Source: Lepidodermella squamata
Taxonomy: Eukaryota > Animalia > Gastrotricha
DNA: 64,000 bases
Direction: 5' to 3'
Assembly: GCA_047495785.1 (NCBI GenBank)
Contig: JBLDXI010000055.1
Span: 1,426,001 to 1,490,000, forward strand
The translations under genes were made by a program, and so were the position numbers. Positions within the stretch are counted from its first letter, which is position 1, and each line of letters begins with the position of its first letter. Shown piece after piece: positions 22,105 through 33,600 of this stretch. Under the pieces are notes generated by a model, which searched no databases, was not told the DNA's origin, and saw only the letters and a program-made list of their open reading frames with translations.

Positions 22105-23683
22105 TCATAATCTCGTCTCAGGAGGTCTAGCCTGCAAATGAGAGGGCTTCTCTGGAAGAGGAGGAGGTATTAAGCCATAAGTTGGGGTTTGATGAACAGT
22201 CTGTTGAGGATGTGATGAATTGTCTTGAAAGTGAGGATGCATATTGAGGTTCTGAGTTGGCGCGACCGGTTGATAGGACTGTTGCCGTTGTTGTTGCTGA
22301 TGACGATGATTAGCTGCCGCCGCATTCTCAGCATCAGCATCAACTTTGTTAGGGTTATCCTCAGCTTCATCCGCCTCTGTTAATACTGCAGTGTCTTTCG
22401 CGAAAACTGCGTTAAAATAGTTGGGTGGCTGATACATAGGTTGAGCCTGAACTTGGCCGAAATCTTGAGGTAACGGCGGTGGAGACGCAAAACGCACGCT
22501 CTGACTCGATTGTGGACCCGACCCAGTCCATTGGTGAGGAGGCGCCCCAGAGTTGGGCTGTTGCTGAACAGCGACCATCTCGCCGCGGAAAGGTATCGTG
22601 CCCATCACAACAGGCAAATGCACTGCAAGATCCAGCGCCCACGGAATATCGAGCCCAACCTCAAGTTCATACGACAGTGTGATGTTCTGGCAGTTGACGG
22701 AAGGTAGCGCATCGTTGGGTAATCGGAACGCGATTCCATTCCAAACCGTGCATCCACCTTGACCTATCATTTCGCATGCGCCATCATCGCAAACCGGTTG
22801 CAGCTTCCATTCGTCGTCACTGTCACGCTCGTGAGTTTCGCCGTCACGCTCAGCCCGATACACTCGTTTTTGGTTGAGTTTAACATACGGTCTAACTTCC
22901 TTGTTCGAGTCGTTGCGAAATTTTGCGGTTATAATCACGGTTTCGTCTAAATATTCAATATAAATTTTCCACGACCTTTTGCTATAAATGTTCCCTACTT
23001 GGGCAATAAGCTGCTCTATCACTTTTGGCCTCAATGGAGAGAGGCCCCGATGCACAGCAACAACAGCAAGTTGTTTTCGTATCACTCCCAGCGACGGGGA
23101 ATCGATATTGAGGCAAGTTTGTATCGATGATTTGCAGAACTTTGATATCTTCGATAGCTTTTGGGGCGTACAGTTGCTGAAACCAGGTACCCTCCGGCAC
23201 TTCGGCTTCGAACCGATACCTTACGTAGCCGTAGACTCCTTCCATTGAAGTTGGCAACCTGAATAACACCATTTACCCATGTTCATTAACATGCTTCATC
23301 GTAATTACGAGTTTGGTAATTGAAAGGAAAACGGGAGCTGGTGAAATCCGGCTGGCAGATAACCTGTGTTAAATTATAAGTTATATTCAGTATTTTTTGT
23401 TAATTGATATCATACCATATTTTCCGACAAAACTTTCTTCGAATCGAAAAAAGTTGACATGTGATTTGTAGGTCACGAGATACGTCACGCGGGTCCCAGC
23501 AATATGGCTTCGGCGCTGCTCTTTCCATGTTGCATGGGCGCTGCCATGAAACGATAGTTGAATGCCCGGTACGTCATGGTTGTCGTCGATAATTTCCACC
23601 TCGACCGCTCCGCTCACCGATTCGCCGGCGTAATACACTGTTCGGTTGCTTGCTAAACGTATTCCGACGTGCTTTAAGCCCAT
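22105..23683 (-). CDS. Alpha-arrestin 5; P/Q-rich tail with PPNY
   Basis: YYAGESVSGAV, LPTSMEGVYGYVRY, CCCCCASGP, VGLDIPWALDLAVHLPVVMGTIP; closest paralogue of arrestin 4. Confidence 0.92.
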
Positions 23684-24905
23684 TTAACCTATACGAATGA
23701 GAGATTTGTCGACAAATGAATTAAATAAATAAATCAAAATAATGAATCACGCTGCGCTTTTTGTGAAACGCCATTCATGTTAATTTTTCAAGCGTAATTC
23801 ATTTTGGTGAGCTACTACGGCAGATAGTGCTGTGTCCAGTGAAATATATTCTTCATTACCACAACTCCGCATGAAAAGGGCGCAATATATTATGGTACAT
23901 TTCTGAAAGACGGTCATAGAAATTTATCGATTTTGCATATGGCGAAAAATCGATAGAAAAAAGTGTATTGGGTAGAACTAGGAGCATGAAACTAAATTAG
24001 ATATTTGGCCTGCGAGCTGACTACTACAAGCGTTGCGCAACAAAAATAGCCGACTCAAGGGTTTCGACGAAGCTACGAAAATACGAAAATTGTTAAAATA
24101 CGACCTTTTCAACGGCGCAAACGATGTACTGGACATACTCCAATCGGTCATATCGGGTGCTTATTAGAATAAGTATATCCTCTCTAATATATTTCTATAT
24201 TTTTCGCTACCGATTACCATTTTAGTGCTGCAATGTTTAAGGCTGCAAAAACAAAAAATAATATGCGTGTGTGAGAATATCTGGGCTTTCAGCCCGATGA
24301 GGAAAAAAAACCATTGGATTCCATATGGGATCCATACTTATTTGATATTGCGCATATCCCACCAAAACATAGAGAGAGTGAAAAATGCCCATATCTTATA
24401 AAAAAGATAGTATAATCTGTTTCCGTCAGGCGCTAGGAAGTAGCTCCGCTGCGCCTTCTCCAGCGCATCGAACTGAGCAATGAGTAATAATCATGGGAAA
24501 AAAAAAACGTTATTCCACCATCGCTATAGTACGGAGAACCATGTGCTTGTAATAATATATAAAAAAGATATTATTTTCCATGTTTATTTTATCCACTTAC
24601 ACCGCACTTTGTAATTTTCCGTTTGTAGTATTCTCGCTTAGCCGCGTCAAAACCGCACACACTGCCGTAATACGACATTCATTCGAGTTTTTACTATATT
24701 AGCTATTTTCATGAAATTATCTGATGGAAAATAGTTAACATCGATTCGATATTTTATTAGTTTTATTTCTGTTGCAGGCCACTAACCTAAGGCATACAAC
24801 TGAAGCCGGAGGGATAACAAATCACTCTGCGCTAAGTTAAAGAATTAAAGACATTACTGGTTGATGCGACTTATATATACTTATATGTGAATATTGTAAT
24901 ATAAA

Positions 24906-25598
24906 TCAGCAGACGTAATAGCTGGCTCGATAGCCATACTGAACCTGAACGCAATTAGCTTGCAAATGGCGTTTAGCCGCAATTTCGAGGCCGATGATAA
25001 GACAGAAGAAAAGAATGCCGAAAATCATGGCAATTGATGCCAATATGTACGCGCCACGATACGTTGACCTGGTCGCATCTGGCGGCTTTCGCAGCGCCAT
25101 TATAAGCGCTGGTATGCCGCAGCACCAAGCGCCGAGAAATAGCGAAAATATCGAACAGATCAAAGCCCCGGTTCTGTAATGCTCGAGTTCCGGTTCCAGC
25201 GGTTCTTCAACTTCGTGCTGGTACATCAGCATGACGGGTGGTTGAAGGGGCGGGGCGTTGTAGATGGTTTGCCCAGGTGCAGCTGGAGGAGGGGCGTCCC
25301 TAAATTTAGCTGAGTCATAGCCGACTTGCATAGGGCCCCCTACCATCAGAGGCTGGGTGGCTGAACTTGAGCCATTGATGACGTAGGGCGGTGGTGGTCC
25401 GACTGTCACCGTGCCATCAGGGTACTGGTACTGTACCGGAACAGCTCCTGGTGGCGGGGCGTGGTAGTAAGCCTGTGGGCTTGGAACCCCGACCCTGATG
25501 TGATAGGAGAAATCAAGTTTTCATGGCTCAAATGGGGCTACTATAGAAGCTTACGGATCGTTTGGTATTGGACTTTTCTCGTTGCCCGACGAAGCCAT
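24906..25598 (-). CDS. CD225/dispanin-like protein D (proline-rich, PPPY); 2 exons
   Basis: MASSGNEKSPIPNDP|VGVPSPQAYYHAPPPG...GPPPPY; CSIFSLFLGAWCCGIPALIMA plus a TM helix. Confidence 0.78.
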
Positions 25599-25791
25599 TA
25601 TTCAAAAAGATGAATCTACTCGATTCTAATGCCTCTAATTATTTGTTCGCATCACCTGGCTCTTTTAGTTGGCAAATTTGCGTGATAGTAATACATTTAT
25701 AGTGCTTTATTTATTTCAGAGAAAGTTCGCGCATAGAACAGTTATTTTACTCGAACAGCACTTTCAGCACTTTCAGTATTTGGCAACAATT

Positions 25792-26382
25792 TCAGCCAGA
25801 AATTGGGGATGTAGTGTTGTTCATGGGCGGATTGCTGTTGGCAGCGTTCATTTGAGCCGTAACAGCATTTCCCAGTAATTTTGTCATCTGTAACGTGACA
25901 AGGACATTGGCGACAACAATGATGACCACTGCAGCGAGGCCGATGAGCAAGCCAATTGATGACAAGATTATCGAAGTGCGATATTGCCGCGTTCTTCGAT
26001 CTCCATGCGTAGCTGACGGCTTTTTTATTGCCAGGACGATTGCAGGTATTGCGCAGCACCAAGCGCCGCAGAACAGCGACAGGAGAGATAACACCAAAGC
26101 ACTGTGGCGACACTTTTCTTGCTCGGGATCGAATACGTAATTGCTATCAATTTGTGCGACAGGATCATGATATACGAGGATAACAGCCGGTTTAGGATGA
26201 CGCGGCTCATCTTGAATCGGAGGTGAATTTGTGAATACCGTGCTGTATGATGGTGGCGGAAAATCTAGCTGGCTGATTCTGTATACGAGAAAATATCAAG
26301 CTAATTTTAATTGAGGTTAAAGCCCTAATCCTTACTGTATGCCATTAATATCGGCAATTTGTCGCTGGTCTCTCCCGATCAT
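25792..26382 (-). CDS. CD225/dispanin-like protein E (PPSY); 2 exons
   Basis: MIGRDQRQIADINGIQ|ISQLDFPPPSY; LSLLSLFCGAWCCAIPAIVLAIKKP plus a TM helix. Confidence 0.78.
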
Positions 26383-27035
26383 TTGCAAATATCGAACTAG
26401 CAAGGTGTTTAGTTGATTTCAGGTTGCTTCAATTTAACACGTTTTTTCAGCGAAATTTTTTCAGGATGACGCCTTGGTTGTTCCAGCACGCGGAAAAATC
26501 GATCGCCCCTCACTTTTATTATGCCGTGTGCGTGCAGTAAATAATTCAACACGCGATTGTGATGCCTTTTCGTGCGCGCTGATCATGATGATTCATCCAT
26601 CATCGTTTGCCCTCCGCACATTCTTCGCTGAATATTCATTTGATATATCGCGTTCACATTTCCTCCAAGTATTTGACACTGCGCTAAAGACGAGACGAAG
26701 TGGGGAAAATTATGAAGAACACGTCAATGAAATAATATGATCAACTTTGATCCGCACGCTTCAAATGTCCAATTTTAGCGTTCTTTGCTATTTTTCTGAT
26801 CGCCTCGAGCTCCAGAAATTCGTCCCACTTTTCCGAGGCTCATCTGTTTTCTAGTTTAAAAGCTAGTAAAATTGAAGTCTGATTAATCAACAACCAAGTT
26901 GAGCTTTATTAAAATCTGGTGTTTATAATGTTCAAATTGCCGTTGTATTAGAGTGATACAATAATAATGATAAAAGGCGATGAAACAGTAAAAGAAAGCC
27001 CCGAGCTTCGTATATAATCGTACATAGCAGTATTC

Positions 27036-27954
27036 CTATATGTTCAAACCATTCTGCGGCAGCTTCTGAGGAACTCTAAACGTTGAAAAGATGAAAAAAC
27101 ATTTTTGACAGACTAATTGGAATCCGTTTATATATTATTTTGAATTAAAACTGTAAAATGAATGAATAATGGCTAAAAATACTAACCGTTTGGCAACCGA
27201 AGGAATTGACATCGGGCATTTCTTTGATTCTGCCATTTCAGCCCGCAAACTAGGCGATAGAGCCACGACAATCGACGCCGGTAATACCTCAGACGTAATT
27301 CGAACTTTCCACGCCATATTCATCTGGAATATATAACAATTTAAGATGGATGGACGGAAAATTGCGACTGACTTCGAGGAAACGAGTCGTGAATGTACCG
27401 ACAGCACGGCGCCAGGCGAGCAGCGAGAAAAACAGGAACAAAATGTTCATGGCCGACAGGTAAACAGCGGCGCTGGGTACCTTGTCGTTGTGTATAATTT
27501 TCGAGTAGTTGCGCACGATCAAACTGACTGAGTAAGCGACTAGCATTGAGCATGTGGCGAATACGGACAAGTAGAGAGGGTCGATAAGGCTGAAACTGGG
27601 CAGTTGCCATTTGCCTAGCGGCTTCAACGCCTTGCCAACGCCCTTGAAATCATCGTGGCAGATCTCACATTGCACGAAGCTGCCGAAGCCGTGCTCGACG
27701 TCGGCCGGCCCGCTCAGGCCCGATTGCTTCTCGGCGTTGATGCGAATCCAGCGTTGTAGGCATTTACGGTGGAAAAAACCGATCGTGCCCTTGCACTGGC
27801 AAAATGCGTACAACTCGCCGTTCGCGGCGTAGCAAATTCGGCAAACGGGCGTTGGCGATGAGGAGCATCGTGAATCGTCCGGGGAATGTGATTGCGACTG
27901 CTCGCCGGTCAACAGCATCGCCTCTACGCTTCTCGGTGTCGACCTGCCACTCAT
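27036..27954 (-). CDS. MARCH-family RING-CH membrane E3 ubiquitin ligase 1 (last exon uncertain: stop at 27135 or 27036)
   Basis: CRIC...FCQCKGTIGFFHRKCLQRWI...CEIC (C4HC3), two TM helices, WRR...MNMAWKV after splicing. Confidence 0.88.
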
Positions 27955-28284
27955 TTTTCAACTAAAAATCCTAAATTAAAAAGGTAAATTTGACAGAATA
28001 AGTAATTTTAATCATAAAATTTGCTGCGTCTGGGTTTAAAAATTCTGAAAGTTTGGCAACAAATTCAAACGTGGTGGTGAGTGATTTTACAGGTGTTTCA
28101 ATGTAATCGACTCAAACAGCTGGGAATGTTAAAGAATATAGTTATACTCGATTGATTTGCGACATCAAAAATCTTTGTTTCTTTAATAAAGTTTGAATCA
28201 CATTAATAAATCGCTTGATATACTGCTAACAAATTTTAAAATAATATAATAAACCGGGAATGAATGAAGAAATGACGGTTCAAA

Positions 28285-29623
28285 TTAGACTTCAGTCGTA
28301 AGGCCGAGTGATCTGAAACGAGACGATGCGTTATCCATCGAGCTGTTGAGCGCGGCATTGTCGGTGTTTGATGATCGGCCGGGGATCAACATTGTAGTAG
28401 AGTCGCCACTAGTTTCGCCGGCTAACATGGCCGCCCCTTCCTCAGGCATAGGTGAAACCTGCTTCTTGGCAGGCTTCAGAATCGGACGGCGGTGAGGAGA
28501 TGGCGCCAAGCTGGAAATTTTGAAAAATAAAATTAATTTGTTCAACCTGGTCCTAATACGAGTCGTTTCACAGTGGAATCACGACACCTTAACCAAACAG
28601 CACCCAGAAGCGAGGAATTTCATTTAATTTAAAAACTGAATTTCAAGAAAAAAAGTTCGATCATTTGCTATATCTGCCAGTAGATCAGTACGATCGACAA
28701 AAGATTATCTAGTACCGTTTTATCGGCGTCATAGGATCAGCGTCTGCCAATAAGTCATCATCCTTATCGTCCATCATCGACTTGTTTGTGCTGTTAATCG
28801 CATTTATCAACTTGGTTTCTAGAACATCGTCAGTGACCCGCACACGCCAAGTTTTGTTCGTCTATAAGCGTTGGAAAATTCCGTTAATAAATTGAATAAT
28901 TTGCCAACTTCCTTACATCGAAAAATCGTCTGCAAACTCCTGAGACAGCTCGGCGCCACAGAACGACGAGTGATGCGATGCAGGAGATGTTCAGCGGGAT
29001 GTAAATGGCAATGACAATGAGAGCAAAAACTCGCTCTGAGTTGACAGGCCCGTCTCCGAAAATTACTTCGCGCGAACGCCACGCTTTATAAGTAATCCAA
29101 GGAATCGAGTACATGACGATGATCGAACAGCACACGAACAGCGCCAGGTAGAGCTTGTCGAGAACGCCCATCCTCGGACAGCGCCACTAAAAAATAATTT
29201 CATAGTGAGGTTCGAACTTGACAATAACGAGATTTCTACCTTTCGCACGGGCTTGAACGACCAGTCGGTGCCGCCAAACGGCGACTGGCAAATTTCGCAC
29301 TTGTTAGCCTTCAACTTGGAGTCGATCCATCGCTTCAGGCACTCTTTGTGCACGTATCCAACGCTGCCTTTGCACTTGCAAAACGCGTACAACACCCCGC
29401 ACGTCGAGTAACAGATACGGCAGACGATAGGGCTGACGCTGATTTGATGAGCGGCAGTTCCGCCAGCCGTCAGCGACGACATGCTACAGTCAAGGCTCGA
29501 ATCGCGACTATGTGGACAGGTGCCACTGGCGTCGTGGTCAGGCGACGCAATCGGAGGCAGGTTTTGGCTCTTCGTCTGGCTGTCCGATGCCGTTTCGCTG
29601 ACAACTTCAGTTTCGAACGGCAT
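28285..29623 (-). CDS. MARCH-family RING-CH membrane E3 ligase 2; 4 exons; C-terminal PDZ-type motif TTEV
   Basis: CRIC..FCKCKGSVGYVHKECLKRWI..CEIC, KPVRK|W, two TM helices, WRR..TNKTWRV. Confidence 0.9.
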
Positions 29624-30612
29624 GGTTTAAAATGGGTAGAAAATTAATTACGGTGATTTCAACAAAATCGGCTGTTTAGTTAGCTGGCTTCAGACCTTCT
29701 AGTATTCAATTCTGCTATTAAATTTTAATTTTTTTCCAGCCGGATGTTGCATTTTCCTCATTTTAAGTCGCGTGCGCAATAACCAACAGCGCGTGCCTTT
29801 AATTTACGCCTTGACCAAATGATGCAACATCAAGCCATATGAGAATCTTGACAATATCTAAATCGGGATTTACTTCGTAAGGATGAATAATCGGCGAACA
29901 GGCGAGAAGCATTGAAGACATTGGCCGAAGTTTCAATCTAGATTTTATTTATTTTCCTTTTATTAATAATTCGAGGACATTGATTACCCATAACATTCCA
30001 ACACCACTCATAATGGAAGCACTCATGTCGATGATGGAAACAATTTTTTATTATTTTCGTAAAAATTAGATGGTAGTTCGTTGAACGTGGCGACCATGCT
30101 GTGTCGATCGGATATTTACCTCGATCAGTGGCGAAAAACTGAGCGCACAGCAGCAGCGTCGTCAAGGTGACTTGCGTCCACCTGCTGGGCGATTCGCGCG
30201 AAATTTGTTGTAAATAGCCTAACAAATATCCAGCGCGCTTGACGTGGGTGGTGTGCGTTGCGAGCAGCAAAAAAGCGCACCGCAAAACAAACACACACTA
30301 CGCATCGCGCATTTTAGGAAGCAGTAATAAAGTAAGCTAGTGGCGCGCCCCTATTCGCGCACCGAGCCTTTGTTTTGTAAATATCACCCATGTGCCGGTA
30401 CTTAATAGGCTACAAATGCCTTAGCGACACACACACAACAATAGCAGTACATTTTACACGAGGAGCCAATGTGATTAAACACTTGCAAAGTTTCGAATAT
30501 GCCTTTTACTTTGTCAAATAGATTGTTTCACTTCGCAAAAGATTGTCCAAATTGCAGTAAATATCAAACCAATTTACTCATGTATAGGCCATGTAATTAT
30601 TCAAATGAATAA

Positions 30613-33600
30613 ATGACGCTCAACGAAGATCCAAATAGCGCCCCGAGTGCGCCGCAAACTGCTGAAAAGTCCCCAAGCTCAAGTGGAGACGGCAGCAGCA
30701 TTGGCGAAGCAACTTCGTTGTTCTCTTTCAGCGAAATTAACGCAGCCGCCAATCCGACCGGGGTCGGCGATGACGACTACTACAGCGCCATTCGTAGCTT
30801 CGACAACGGGTCAAGCCTTGCCGACGATTTGTCTGTCATCGGCAGTGTTAGCGATAGCTCGACATTCCGCCGTCGACTTAACTCGACCCCAGCTGCCGTT
30901 TCCACGAGGGAAGGTTCCGCTGATCATGCCGATGAGCATCGATCTTTGCGTCGACACGCTCAACAAAGTGCACCTTTGCAAGTCACCCGGCCGAGGGCGG
31001 CTAGGGTGCGCAATCGGAACCGCGGTGAGCTGACCGATGTCCTTAACGACGCCCAGAACCGTGAAGATATCAGACAGCAATTCATAATGGCTTCAAGATT
31101 GGCTAACAAATCGCCGTCTTTCGCATCAACCGCTAGTATGTCATTAGTTCTGGAAAACGACCCGGATACTGACAGACCTGTTATAAGAAACGATGCTGAA
31201 TGGCGGAATGCGAACGAAGCGTCTCGATTGTCAATGCACTCAAGTAAGTGAATTTCGCTTTTTTGAATATAATAACTTTCCTGACAAAGCCCGGATGCTA
31301 GACTCCCTAAAGACTCGGATCACGCGTTGTGGGATTTTCAGTTTGAAGTCTGAAAGAGGAATTCGTTGAATATATTTAGCGCTTAGATTGCATTTTTGTA
31401 ACAAAATGTTACCATGCTGCTATCTCAATTTAGCGCTAATCATCGTTACGGTGATGTTTTCATTTGTTTATTGCGATCAATTTACGTTCTCACTTCGCGT
31501 GCAATTTTGGGGTCGCTTGTACGCACCCTTGACCCGAAATGAAAAATTTGCCGAGCCAAGCGGCGGTGAATAGGTGTAATTATCTTCGCTCACCATCAGG
31601 TGCGGCGATTGATTATTGAAAGCGCGCCGGCTAATAGAGCTTTTTGCGCTTCGAACATGCGAGAGTTTTTTGTAATAAATTATTAGGTACGCAGATGATA
31701 TGTGTGTGTATATAGTCGCGCTAATAATATAAAAACAAAGGAGCGCCGCGATATGTTTTACACTGAGCGCGCGCAGCATCGGTGGGAGCGGCATCATCGC
31801 TCGGGCTATGGCAACGCTGCGCCCAGAGACGGGACGATGCCACGCTGCGTGGCCAGTGCAGGCGCCGAACCAGATACGCCCCATGTGTGTGTCGAAAGCT
31901 CTCTGACCCACCTTTTTCAATATTTTTGCATACCTTTTATTGCTATTCATACACTTGTGACGTGGGGCAACTCTGCGCTGTCATTAATATACGAATCGAG
32001 CGTTCAACTTTCATTGGCAGCGTTCCTAAGAAGCAGTGACGTGGTTCACTGCGCATCACGATAATATAACACTTATAAAGCCCTGGCGTTGTTTCGCTCG
32101 TGTGCGATTTATTATTTACCCCGCCACAGCATATAATAGCCCGCTCCATAGGCGATAAAAAGCTAGACTGTAAATCAAGGCTGTTCAATGATTTGTCGCT
32201 CTTGATCTAGGTTCAACGCCTGTCGTCAGGGGTGCTATTTGTCAAAGTAAATTGAATTACTACCTGATGGACGAGCCCGACGACTTGTCGTCGGATTTAT
32301 TCGTGCCGGGCGTGGCCGAGCGGCTGCGAAATATGTCGTCGACCATCGCCGGCCACGCCGAGGCCGAACTTCAGCGGCATGGCGGTGAAGACAGCGAGCA
32401 GCGGCTGTTCGCGACGCGCGATTCGTCTGGGCTGGAGCGCGACCTCGGCGCCGTCAAAACACTCATGTCACGATACGGCCAGGCGTCGTCAAGAATGACG
32501 TCTGAAGTTGGGGTGCTGCTAAACAAATTGAACAAGCTCAACGAAACGATGGCTGATCGCATCATCAACGACAAAAACCACGCCGAAGCTCTGGTAGCCA
32601 AGGCGAAGTACATAAAACAATCACACGGTATAATTTAGAGTTTCTCTGCCCTGGAGCAATAATATTTATATTTAATTTATTTTAGATTCAGCCCGCGAAA
32701 GAGCGGCGCAGTTAACAGCGCTCGCATCTGAGTCCGAGTCTACAATTAATGCTGCCGAACTGAACGCAAAAACAGCCGAAAACGTAGCCAAGGCGATGGA
32801 GCTGGTTTCCAGTTTGATGACGAACCTCGACGAAATTCGGCTGGTCGCGCATCAAGCTCAGGCCGAGGCTGATCTCGCCAAGGAGCAAGCTGAAGCCGAA
32901 AGGCGCGAGGAGCTGGCGAGAATCAAACGTGAGGATGAGGCAAGACAGCGCGCTGAGCAGCAGGCGAAGCTACGCGAGGAGGAAGAGCGAAAGCGAGCGG
33001 TTGAGCGTGAGCGAATCGCCGCCGAAATGGCGCTAGCTGCTGCTGCGGCGAGTGGAGAAGCTGGAACAGACATTACGGCGTTAGAGGTGGCGCGAAACCC
33101 GAAATATTGGCCGCCACTTGTATTCGACAAAAGCCCGAGTTACTTTGACAGCGGCATCGGTGTCGTCATTCGTGCTTTCCCTAATGACATTGATCGATCA
33201 GACGTCCAAGTTGAGGTAATTTTAATACAGATTTTTTTATCGATTTAATTTAACTGATTTTGATCAATTATTAGGTTCTCGAGCAAGAAGACAGCGGTGT
33301 TGAGCTGCGCGATGGCGAAGAACTTTTATCGCATGTCATTCGCTTGGAGTACTCGTCCGAAGACAAAGCCGACCGACTGTCGGCACCCCTTTCCATTTTG
33401 ATACCTCACTGCGGCCAGAAACTGGCCAGCTATCGCGAGCCGGTCATCAAATTTCTCGGCAAGAGCGGCCGGTGGCGCGAGGTCACCACTACCGAGATGT
33501 TGCTCGACGAATTTAAAGACGTACGCTTCGCCGAGTGCCGTCTGAAACCGCTGGGAACCTTCATCGTAGTTTCGCGCATTCGTCATGACAATCACACGAT

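Noticed and set aside
31477-32188. ORFs inside the ~1-kb first intron of the DTHD1-like gene
   Set aside because: No recognisable motifs; the flanking exons join in frame without them.
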